Origin: Heterodontus francisci
Taxonomy: Eukaryota
DNA: 64,000 nucleotides
Direction: 5' to 3'
Assembly (NCBI RefSeq): GCF_036365525.1
Contig: NC_090399.1
Span: 59,118,430-59,182,429 of the forward strand
Below are positions 25,001 through 36,400 of the stretch, piece after piece; position 1 is the first letter of the stretch, and the number at the start of each line of letters is the position of its first letter. A program made the translations under genes and the position numbers. The notes beneath the pieces were generated by a model. That model did not search any database, was not told where the DNA came from, and worked only from the letters and a program-made list of their open reading frames with translations.

Positions 25001-26240
25001 GAATTCGTTGAGGAAGTGACAAAGTTGATTGATGAGGGAAGGGCTGTAGATGTCATATACATTGACTTCAGTAAGGCGTTTGATAAGGTTCCCCATGGTA
25101 GGCTGATGGAGAAAGTGAAGTCGCATGGGGTCCAGGGTGTACTAGCTAGATGGACAAAGAACTGGCTGGGCAACAGGAGACAGAGTAGCAGTGGAAGGGA
25201 GTTTCTCAAAATGGAGACGTGTGACCAGTGGTGTTCCACAGGGATCCGTGCTGGGACCACTGTTGTTTGTGATATACATAAATGATTTGGAGGAAAGTAT
25301 AGGTGGTCTGTTTAGCAAGTTTGCAGATGACACTAAGATTGGTGGAGTAGCAGATAGTGAAGGGGACTGTCAGAGAATACAGCAGAATATAGATAGATTG
25401 GAGAGTTGGGCAGAGAAATGGCAGATGGAGTTCAATCCGGGCAAATGCGAGGTGATGCATTTTGGAAGATCCAATTCAAGAGTGAACTGTACAGTAAATG
25501 GAAAAGTCCTGGGGAAAATTGATGTACAGAGAGATTTGGGTGTTCAGGTCCATTGTTCCCTGAAGGTGGCAACGCAGGTCAATAGAGTGGTCAAGAAGGC
25601 ATACGGCATGCTTTCCTTCATCGGACGGGGTATTGAGTACGAGAGTTGGCAGGTCATGTTACAGTTGTATAAGACTTTGGTTCGGCCACATTTGGAATAC
25701 TGCATGCAGTTCTGGTCGCCACATTACCAAAAGGATGTAGATGCTTTGGAGAGGGTGCAGAGGAGGTTCACCAGGATGTTGCCTGGTATGGAGGGAGCTA
25801 GCTATGAAGAGAGGTTGAGTAGATTAGGATTATTTTCATGAGAAAGACGGAGGTTGAGGGGGACCTGATTGAGGTGTATAAAATCATGAGAGGTATAGAC
25901 AGGGTGGATAGCAAGAAGCTTTTTCCCAGAGTGGGGGATTCAATTACAAGGGGACACGAGTTCAAAGTGAGAGGGGAAATGGTTAGGGGGGATATGCATG
26001 GAAAGTTCTTTAAGCAGAGGGTGGTGGGTGCCTGGAACGCGTTGCCAGCGGAGGTGGTAGACGCGGGCACGATAGACGTATTTTAAGATGTATCTAGACA
26101 GATACATGAATGGGCAGGAAGCAAAGAGATCCAGACCCTTAGAAAATAGGCGACAGGTTCAGATAGAGGATCTGGATAGGCGCAGGCTTGGAGGGCCGAA
26201 GGGCCTGTTCCTGTGCTGTAAGTTTCTTTGTTCTTTGTTT
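25001..26240 (+). mobile_element. Young 5'-truncated CR1 (same subfamily as 1522-2037)
   Basis: DFSKAFDKVPHGRL, GVPQGSVLGP, FADD; (ttctttg)n tail. Confidence 0.92.
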
Positions 26241-26527
26241 GTAAACTGGCAAGAAGCATAAAAACAGACTGTAAAAGCTTCTATAAGTATGTAAAAAGGA
26301 AAAGATTAGCAGAGATAAATGCAGGCCCATTACAGGTAGAGACAGGAGAATTTATATTGGGAATAAGGAAATGGTAGAGAAACTAAACAAATACTTTGTA
26401 ACTGTCTTCACGGAGGAAGGTACAAAAAAAAATCCTCCCAGAAATATTGGAGAACCAAGGGACTCGTGAGAATGGGAAACTGAAAGAAATTAATATTTGT
26501 AAAAAAAATAGTGCTGGAGAAAATCAT

Positions 26528-29283
26528 CTTCTTCTTCTTTGGCCTCCTAGTCTCGAGAGACAATGGGTAAGCACCTGGAGGTGGTCAATGGTTTGTGAAG
26601 CAGCATCTGGAGTGGCTATAAAGGCCAATTCTAGAGTGACAGACACTTCACATGCCCTGCAGATAAAATTGGTTATCAGGGCTGTTACACAGTTGGCTCT
26701 CTCCTTGCGCTTCTGTCTTTTTTCCTGCCAACAGCTAAGTGTCTTCGACTTGCCAGTCTTTAGCCCCGCCTTTATGGCTGTCCACCAGCTCTGGCCATCA
26801 CTGGCAACTGACTCCCACAACTTGTGGTCAATGTCACAGGATTTCATGTTGCATTTGCAGATGTCTTTAAAGTGGAGACATGGGCGGCCGATGGGCCTGA
26901 TACCAGTGACGAGATCGCTGTACATTGCGTCCTTGAGGATCCTGCCATCTTCCATGCAGCTCATATGGCCAAGCCATCTTAAGGGCCGCTGGCTCAGTAG
27001 GGTGTATATGCTGGGGATGTTGGCCGTCTCGAGGACTTCTGCCACCTGATGCCAAGGATTCCCCTCCGGAGGCAGCGAAGATGGAATGAATTGAGACGTC
27101 ACTCTTGGCTGACATATGTTGTCCAGGCCTCGCTGCCGTAGAGAAAGGTACTGAGGACACAGGCTTGATACACTCGGCCTTTCGTGTTCCGTGTCAGTGA
27201 GCCACACCCTCTCGGCCAGTCTGGACATCGCAGCGGATGCCTTTCCCATACGCTTGGTGATTTCTGCATCTAGAGACAGGTTACTGGTGATAGTTGAGCC
27301 TAGGTAGGTGAACTCTTGAACCACTTCCAGAGCGTGGTCACCGATATTGATGGATGGAGCATTTCTGACATCCTGTCCCATGATGTTCATTTTCCTGAGG
27401 CTGATGGTAAGGCCAAATTCGTTGCAGGCAGCCGCAATCCTGTCAATGAGTCTCTGCAGACACTCTTCAGTGTGAGATGTTAATGCAGCAGCGTCAGAAA
27501 GAGGAGTTCCCTGATGAGGACGTTCCGTACTTTTGTCTTCGCTCTTAGACGGGCAAGGTTGAACAACCTGCCATCTGATCTTGTGTGGAGGAAAATTCCT
27601 TCTTCTGAAGACTCGAATGCATCTGAGAGCAGCAGGGAGAAGAGGATCCCAAACAGTGTGGGTGCGAGAACACAGCCCTGTTTCACGCCATTCAGGATAG
27701 GAAAGGGGTCTGATGAGGCACCGCTATGCTGATTTGTGCCTTTCAGATTGTCTTGGAATGAGGTGATGATAGTTAGTAGCGTTGGTGGACATCCGATCTT
27801 TTCTAGTAGTCTGAAGAGACCACGTCTGCTGATGAGGTCAAAGGCTTTGGTGAGATCTATGAAAGCAACGTAGAGGGGCATCTGTTGTTCACGGCATTCC
27901 TCCTGCAGCTGGCGAAGGGAGAATAGCATGTCAATGGTAGATCTCTCTGCTCGAAAGCTGCACTGTGCCTCAGGGTAGACACGTTCAGCTAGCTTCTGGA
28001 GCCTGTTTAAAATGACACGAGCGAAGACTTTCCCCACTATGCTGAGCAGGGAGATTCCACGGTGGTTGTTGCAGTCACCGCGGTCACCCTTGTTCTTATA
28101 GAGGGTGATGCTATTGGCATTGCGCATGTCCTGTGGTACTGCACCCTCGTCCCAGCACAGGCAAAGCAGTTCATGGAGTGCTGAGAGTATAGCAGGCTTG
28201 GCACTCTTGATTATTTCAGTGGTAATGCCGTCCTTCCTGGGTGCTTTTCCACTGGCTAGAGAATCATTGGCATCACTGAGTTCCGATTTTGTTGGCTGTA
28301 CATCCAGCTCATCCACGACTGGCAGAGACAGGGCTGCACTGAGGGAGGTCTCAGTGACAACATTTTCCCTGGAGTACAGTTCTAGGTAGTGCTCCACCCA
28401 GCGGTCCATTTGCTTGCGTTGGTCAGTGATCATGACCCTGATTTAGATTTGAGGGGAGGGGCGAGCTTCTTGATGGTTGGCCCAAAAGCTCTCTTAATGC
28501 CATCATACATTCCTCTGATGTTTCCGGTGTCTGAGGCCAGCTGAATATGACTGCATAGGTGTTGCCAGTAGTCATTTGTACAGCGCCTGGCTGTTCTTTG
28601 TGCAGTGCCTCTGGCTGCTTTAAGTGCTACGGATGTTTACTCGCTGGGGGCTTTCTTGTAGTTCAACAGTGCAATGCGCTTAGCGGCTATGACAGGTTCC
28701 AGCTCTTCAATGTGAGATTGAAACCAATCTGCATTCTGTTTCTCACGTTTGCCATAGGTGGTCATTGCTGAGTCATGGATGGCGTCTCTGATGTGGGCCC
28801 ACTTGATCTCTGCATCCCATGTCGGAGTGTTTTTAAGGGCTTTTTCAAGTGAATTTAGAAACTTATGTAACAGCTGTGGATGAGAAATTCTGCTCGTGTT
28901 GATGCGCGGGCGGCCCTTCTGCTTGGAGTGATGCAGCTTCTTTGGTTTGAGTCTAACCTTGCTGCACACCAGGGAGTGGTCGGTGTCGCAGTCCGCACTG
29001 TGGAAGCTGCGGGTGATTTGAACGCTGTTTATAAAGGCTCGCCTTGTGATGATGAGCTCCAGCTGGTGCCAACGACGTGATCTTGGGTGCCTCCATAAAA
29101 CCTGGTGACAGGGTTTAGTGTGAAAGAATGAGTTGGTGATGCAGAGGTTATGATAGGTACACAACTCCAGCAGTCTCTGTCCATTCTCATTCATCCTTCC
29201 AATGCCATAGCGCCCAAGGCAGGAGGGCCATGAGTCATGGTCGGCCCCAACCTTGGCGTTAAAGTCCCCCAGAGGAACAGATG
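26528..29283 (-). mobile_element. RTE-clade LINE, ~2.75 kb, 5'-truncated
   Basis: NENGQRLLE..DCDTDH, RGISLLSIVGKVFAR, FIDLTKAFD, GVKQGCVLAPTLF; (GAA)n tail; few frameshifts. Confidence 0.92.
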
Positions 29284-29578
29284 GTAGTAAAATATAGTAC
29301 TGGAGAAATTAATGGGACTGAAAGTTGTTCTGGACCTGATGATTTATATCCCAGAGTGTTGAAAGAGGTATTTGGCGAGATAATGGATGCATTGATGGTT
29401 ATCTTTCAAAATGTAATAGATTCTGGAGCAGTTCAAGCAGATTGGAAGGTAGCAAATGTCACCCCACTATTTAAGAGAGGAAGGAGAGAAAACAGAAAAC
29501 TACAGACCAGTTAGCCTGACATCAGATGTAGGGAAAAGGCTAGAATCTATTATAAAGGATGTGATAAATGGACACTTC

Positions 29579-30295
29579 GGGCTGAATTGCACTGCCATGC
29601 TGCTGCAATCTACCCTGCGGTGGCCCAACATAATATACCAGTCAGGTCTCCCCTCCCTCTCTCCACTGGCCCCCCAATAACGTGGAGGGGGTGGGCTCTC
29701 CAAGGCCCACAACAGCGACAGCTGCCTGTGCGCAGGCTCGGCGCTGTTTTTAAAGGACAGCCAGTCCTGCCAGTACATTGAAATTTTTAAAGGTCTACCC
29801 CCCCAATTACACTGAAAAATAAACTATCGCCCCTCCCCCCCCAATAATAATTAAATGTAATAGTTGTCTCTCTTCCGCACCCCCCCACCCAACAACAAAA
29901 CACTTACCTGTAAGTCTTGACCTTTGCCCCCCAAAACTGATCAAAGTACAGAGGTCACCCCTTCACCCCACTCCTCTATACTACTAATGCTGATCAGACA
30001 CCTCCCCCAACCCATCCCCACTGCAGTAAAAATCCGAAGTACTTCCCCACCTCGGTGGCACCAGCTTTCCCTGGACAGGAAAATGAAGGTGCATGAGTGC
30101 TGGCCACCGCTCAGAAGATCCTGTGCAGCAGCTAAGATTGTTGTGAATTCTACTTAAATTTATTCATTTACTTAATTTAAATATGTAAAGCCAGGTCCCA
30201 TCACCCAGAGGCGGGGGGCCGCCATGGAGCCGGTACAATCTTCCAGCGTCCTCCGCCACAGACTCTGACGTCGGGACCTCAACTAAATCTAACCA
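29579..30295. mobile_element. Putative PIF/Harbinger-like MITE, ~717 bp
   Basis: Interrupts CR1 ggacactt|agaaaat; flanks ttc/tta; degenerate TIRs gggctgaatt / aaatctaacca. Confidence 0.5.
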
Positions 30296-30401
30296 TTAGA
30301 AAATAATGGTAGGATTGGGCAGAGTCAACATGGATTTATGAAAGGGAAATCATGTTTGACAAACCTGTTGGAGTATTTTTGAGGATGTAATTAGCAGGAA
30401 A

Positions 30402-30592
30402 GTTTAGTTTAGTTTAGAGATACAACACTGAAACAGGCCCTTCGGCCCATCGAGTCTGTGCTGACCATCAACCACCCATTTATACTAATCCTACACTAAT
30501 TCCATATTCCTACCACATCCCCACCTGTCCATATATTTCCCTACCACCTACCTAAACTAGGGGCAATTTATATAATGGCCAATTTACCTATC
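30402..30592 (-). mobile_element. 5'-truncated V-SINE
   Basis: (tttag)3 tail plus the 3' half of the SINE at 24555. Confidence 0.85.
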
Positions 30593-30679
30593 ATAAGGGG
30601 GAAACAGTGGATGTGGTGTATTTGGATTTTCAGAAGGCGTTCAATAAGTTCTCAAACATGAGGTAATATACTCGTAATT

Positions 30680-31815
30680 TTCTTATTTATTTCATGGGCT
30701 GTGGGCATCACCGGCCAGGCCAGCATTTATTGCCCAGCCCTAATTGCCCAAGAGAAGGTGGTGGTGAACCACCTTCTTGAAAAGCCACAGTCCTAGTGTG
30801 GTAGGTACACCCACAGTGCTGTTAGGAAGGGAGTTCCAGGATTTTGACCCAGCGGCAGTGAAGGAATGGCAATATAGTTCCAAGTCAGGATGGTGTGTGA
30901 CATTGGAGGGGAACTTGAAGGTTGTGGTGTTCCCACACATCTGCTGCCCTTATCTTCTCGGTTGTAGGGGTCGTGGATTTGGAAGGTGCTGCCTGAGTGG
31001 CCTTGGTGCATTGCTGCAGTGCATCTTGTAGATGTACACACTGCTGCTACTGTGTGTCAGTAGTGGAGGGAGTGAATGTTTGTAGACGGGGTGCCAATCA
31101 AGCTGGCTGCTTTGTCCTGGATGGTGTCGAGCTTCTTGAATGTTGTTGGAGCTGCACCCATCCAGGCAAGTGGAGAGTGTTCCATCACACTTCTGACTTA
31201 TGCCTTGTACATGGTGGACAGGCTTTGGGGAGTCAGGAGGTGAGCTACTTGCTGCGGGATTCCTAGCCTCTGACCTGCTCTTGTAGCCACGGTATTTATA
31301 TGGCTACTCCAGTTCAGTTTCTGGTCAAGGGTAACCCCTAGGATGTTGATAATGGGGGATTCAGCAATCGTAATGCCATCGAAAGTCGAGAGGAGATGGT
31401 TAGACTCACTCTTGTTGGAGATGGTCATTGCCTGGCACTTTTGTGGCACGAATGTTGCTTGCCACTTATCAGCCCAAGCCTGGATATTGTCCAGGTCTTG
31501 CTGCATTTCTAAACAGACTGCTTCAGTATTTGAGGAGTCGCGAATGGTGCTGAACATTGTGCAATCATCAGCGAACATCCCCACTTCTAGACCTTATTTT
31601 TGAAGAAAGGTCATTGAAGAAGAAGCTGAAGATGGTTAGGCCGAGGACACTACCCTCAGGAACTCCTGCAGTGATGTCCTGGAGCTCAGATGATTGATCT
31701 CCAATGACCACAACCATCTTCCTTTACGCTAGGTACGATTTCAACCAGTGGAGAGTTTTCCCCCTGATTCCCATTAACTGAAGTTTTGCTCGGGCTCCTT
31801 GATGCCATACTTGCT
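30680..31815 (-). mobile_element. Family B LINE 3' fragment (RT)
   Basis: GMFADDCTMFS..DNIQAWADKWQ; matches 58270-59200. Confidence 0.88.
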
Positions 31816-31819
31816 GCGG

Positions 31820-32460
31820 GAGAATGAATGGGAGTAGTGAGCGGAGAGAGAGAGAATGGGAGAGTGAGAGGAGAGAGAGAGAGAATGGGAGCAGTGAGCG
31901 GAGAGAGAGAGAATGGGAGAGTGAGAGGAGAGAGAGAGAATGGGGGCAGTGAGAGGAGAGAGAGAGAATGGGGGCAGTGAGAGGAGAGAGAGAGAGAATG
32001 GGAGCAGTGAGAGGAGAGATAGAGAATGGGAGCAGTGAGAGGAGAGATAGGGATTGGGAGCTGTGAGAGGAGAGAGAGAGAATGGGGGCAGTGAGAGGAG
32101 AGAGAGAGAGAATGGGGGCAGTGAGAGGAGAGAGAGAGAGAATGGGGGCAGTGAGAGGAGAGAGAGAGAATGGGGGCAGTGAGAGGAGAGAGAGAGAGAA
32201 TGGGAGCAGTGAGAGGAGAGATAGGGATTGGGAGCTGTGAGAGGAGAGAGAGAGAGAATGGGGGCAGTGAGAGGAGAGAGAGAGAGAATGGGAGCAGTGA
32301 GAGGAGAGATCGGGATTGGGAGCTGTGAGAGGAGAGAGAGAGAGAATGGGGGCAGTGAGAGGAGAGAGAGAGAGTGGGAGCAGTGAGAGGAGAGCGAGAG
32401 AGAATGGGAGCTGTGAGAGGAGAGAACGAGAATGAGACCTGTGAGAGGAGAGGGTGAATG
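31820..32460. repeat. GA-rich minisatellite, ~26-30-bp unit
   Basis: (ga)n-atggg(a/g)gcagtgagaggag units with variable (GA)n. Confidence 0.92.
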
Positions 32461-32789
32461 GGACCATGGGACTTCAAGGAGGACAATATTCTCTCTAAGG
32501 TGCCTGTGTGCATAGCCAGATACTATCCAGAATTTGCCTTGAATTGTAATGAACAAGCTACTGACAACTTTGCTTCAGATCAGTTAATTTTAAAATGTAA
32601 ATTTCCCATGGCCAATACTCAAGTGCTCAGGAGTTTCTAGTTCGCCTGTTACAGATAAAATTTACACAGAAAATTTCTGAGTACAATGAGTGATACACAG
32701 AGTCAGCAGTAGAGGAGATTGATAAAGTGAGCCTCAGAACAGTGATACCGAGACACACTGATCTATCTGTCCCTGGCGTTGCTGAGAAT

Positions 32790-33330
32790 GTGTCTGGCCA
32801 TGTTGTTGCTTAAAGCTCCATTCAGTTGGACCGTGCCGTACTATCTGTCTCTCGTGGCAACGTTTGTACAGAAAAACACCTTTGATCACTAGTCCATCAG
32901 GCAGTATTCCACACATAACATCCTTGAGGCCCTGCGGGAAAAGGAGATGGTGGACCCTGTCGGTTGGTTCTCTGAGCAGACTGTCAAATGCATTTCCAGA
33001 TGGTGTCATTGCCAGAACTTCCAAACAAGCACATAGATATAGCAATCCTGGTGGTGAGAAGGGCCCTCCCTGTCAGTTCTGCATGGCCAGAGCCTGCCTG
33101 CCTGCCTCCGCACGCTGCCCTTGAGGTGACTGCGGTGGGGAAGAGACCATCACCCACCTCTTTCTGGAATGTGCCTTTACAAAGCAGCTCTGGAAAGAGA
33201 TGCAGTGGTTTTCCACAAAGTTGATCCTGAGCAGCTCTGTAATACAGGACTCAGTGCTCTATGGCTGTTCCCCAGGACACATACTGAGATAAACATCAGC
33301 TGCTGCTGGAGGACCATCAACTCGCAAGTG
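32790..33330 (+). mobile_element. L1/Tx1-clade LINE C-terminal fragment
   Basis: Homologous to 60390-60926(-) (LREKEMVDPVGWF, C..HL..EC zinc finger). Confidence 0.75.
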
Positions 33331-33459
33331 TTGTGAATCACCTCATATACTGTATTGAAAGAAATTGGTCTGTATTGCATTTTATGCAATGTCAACTTTG
33401 ACCTATACGTGTTGTACTTACAAATTTTGTGAACAGCATATTTTTGTGGTAAAAGAACC

Positions 33460-36400
33460 CGAAAGACACAAACCGAGGGTGATTGATAAAGGTGAGACTG
33501 AATACAGTGATACAGAGAGACACAAACAGAGGGTGATTGATAAAGGTGAGACTGAATACAGTGAGACAGAGAGACACAAATAGAGAGTGATTGATAAAGG
33601 TGAGAATGAATACAGTGATACAGAGAGACACAAATAGAGGGTGATTGATAAAGGTGAGACTGAATACAGTGATACAGAGAGACACAAATAGAGAGTGATT
33701 GATAAAGGTGAGAATGAATACAGTGATACAGAGAGACACCAACAGAGGGTGCTTGATAAAGCTGAGACTTGAACACAGTGATACAGAGAGACACAAACAG
33801 AGGGTGATTGATAAAGGTGAGACTGAATACAGTGATACAGAGTGAGACACACAAACAGAGGGTGATTGATAAAGGTGAGAGTGAATGCAGTGATACAGAG
33901 AGACACAAACAGAGGAGATTGATAAAGGTGAGACTGAATACAGTGATACAGAGAGACACAAACAGAGGGTGATTGATAAAGGTGAGACTGAATACAGTGA
34001 TACAGAGAGACACAAACAGAGGAGATTGATAAAGGTGAGACTGAATACAGTGATACAGAGAGACACAAACAGAGGAGATTGATAAAGGTGAGACTGAATA
34101 CAGTGATACAGAGAGACACAAACAGAGGGTGATTGATAAAGGTGAGACTGAATACAGTGATACAGAGAGACACAAACAGAGGAGATTGATAAAGGTGAGA
34201 CTGAATACAGTGATACAGAGAGTCACAAACAGAGAGTGATTGATAAAGGTGAGACTGAATACAGTGATACAGAGAGACACAAACAGAGGAGATTGATAAA
34301 GGTGAGACTGAATACAGTGATACAGAGAGTCACAAACAGAGAGTGATTGATAAAGCTGAGACTTGAACACAGTGATACAAAGAGTCACAAACAGAGAATG
34401 ATTGATAAAGGTGAGACTGAATACAGTGATACAGAGAGACACAAATAGAGAGTGATTGATAAAGGTGAGACTGAATACAGTGATACAGAAAGACACAAAA
34501 AGAGGGTGATTGATAAAGATGAGACTGAATACAGTGATACAAAGAGTCACAAACAGAGAATGATTGATAAAGGTGAGACTGAATACAGTGATACAGAGAG
34601 ACACAAACAGAGAGTGATTGATAAAGGTGAGACTGAATACAGTGATACAGAAAGACACAAAAAGAGGGTGATTGATAAAGATGAGACTGAATACAGTGAT
34701 ACAAAGAGTCACAAACAGAGAATGATTGATAAAGGTGAGACTGAATACAGTGATACAGAGAGACACAAACAGAGAGTGATTGATAAAGGTGAGACTGAAT
34801 ACAGTGATACAGAAAGACACAAAAAGAGGGTGATTGATAAAGATGAGACTGAATACAGTGATACAAAGAGTCACAAACAGAGAATGATTGATAAAGGTGA
34901 GACTGAATACAGTGATACAGAGAGACACAAACAGAGAGTGATTGATAAAGGTGAGACTGAATACAGTGATACAGAAAGACACAAAAAGAGGGTGATTGAT
35001 AAAGATGAGACTGAATACAGTGATACAAAGAGTCACAAACAGAGAATGATTGATAAAGGTGAGACTGAACACAGTGATACAGAGAGACACAAACAGAGGA
35101 GATTGATAAAGGTGAGACTGAATACAGTGATACAGAGAGTCACAAACAGAGAGTGATTGATAAAGCTGAGACTTGAACACAGTGATACAAAGAGTCACAA
35201 ACAGAGAATGATTGATAAAGGAGAGACTGAATACAGTGATACAGAGAGACACAAACAGAGAGTGATTGATAAAGGTGAGACTGAATACAGTGATACAGAA
35301 AGACACAAAAAGAGGGTGATTGATAAAGATGAGACTGAATACAGTGATACAAAGAGTCACAAACAGAGAATGATTGATAAAGGTGAGACTGAATACAGTG
35401 ATACAGAGAGACACAAACAGAGAGTGATTGATAAAGGTGAGACTGAATACAGTGATACAGAAAGACACAAAAAGAGGGTGATTGATAAAGATGAGACTGA
35501 ATACAGTGATACAAAGAGTCACAAACAGAGAATGATTGATAAAGGTGAAACTGAATACAGTGATACAGAGAGACACAAACAGAGAGTGATTGATAAAGGT
35601 GAGACTGAATACAGTGATACAGAAAGACACAAAAAGAGGGTGATTGATAAAGATGAGACTGAATACAGTGATACAAAGAGTCACAAACAGAGAATGATTG
35701 ATAAAGGTGAGACTGAATACAGTGATACAGAGAGACACAAACAGAGAGTGATTGATAAAGGTGAGACTGAATACAGTGATAAAGAAAGACACGAAAAGAG
35801 GGTGATTGATAAAGGTGAGACTGAATACAGTGATACAGAGAGACACAAATAGAGAGTGATTGATAAAGGTGAGACTGAATACAGTGATACAGAGAGACAC
35901 AAACAGAGAGTGATTGATAAAGGTGAGAGTGAATACAGTGATACAGAGAGACACAAACAGAGAGTGATTGATAAAGGTGAGACTGAATACAGTGATACAG
36001 AGAGACACAAACAGAGGGTGATTGATAAAGGTGAGACTGAATACAGTGATACAGAGAGACACAAACAGAGAGTGATTGATAAAGGTGAGAGTGAATGCAG
36101 TGATACAGAGAGACACAAACAGAGGGTGATTGATAAAGGTGAGACTGAATACAGTGATACAGAGAGACACAAACAGAGGAGATTGATAAAGGTGAGACTG
36201 AATACAGTGATACAGAGAGACACAAACAGAGGAGATTGATAAAGGTGAGACTGAATACAGTGATACAGAGAGACACAAACAGAGGGTGATTGATAAAGGT
36301 GAGACTGAATACAGTGATACAGAGAGACACAAACAGAGGGTGATTGATAAAGGTGAGACTGAATACAGTGATACAGAGAGTCACAAACAGAGAGTGATTG

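Larger units (their letters stand above)
21880..30665 (+). mobile_element. Decayed CR1 with ORF1 (zinc finger, coiled coil, SGNH esterase) and partial ORF2; host of 7 insertions
   Basis: VECTICDMWE..HVCRM, LELRVSELERRL, VLGNSIVKGTD..LPG.RV..VHISTN esterase blocks; then ITFTETWL, LDLVL..NDH, GPDDLYPRVLKE, YLDFQKAF pieces in order. Confidence 0.8.

Noticed and set aside
31686-32556. Ser/Leu/Pro-rich ORFs
   Set aside because: Translations of the GA minisatellite
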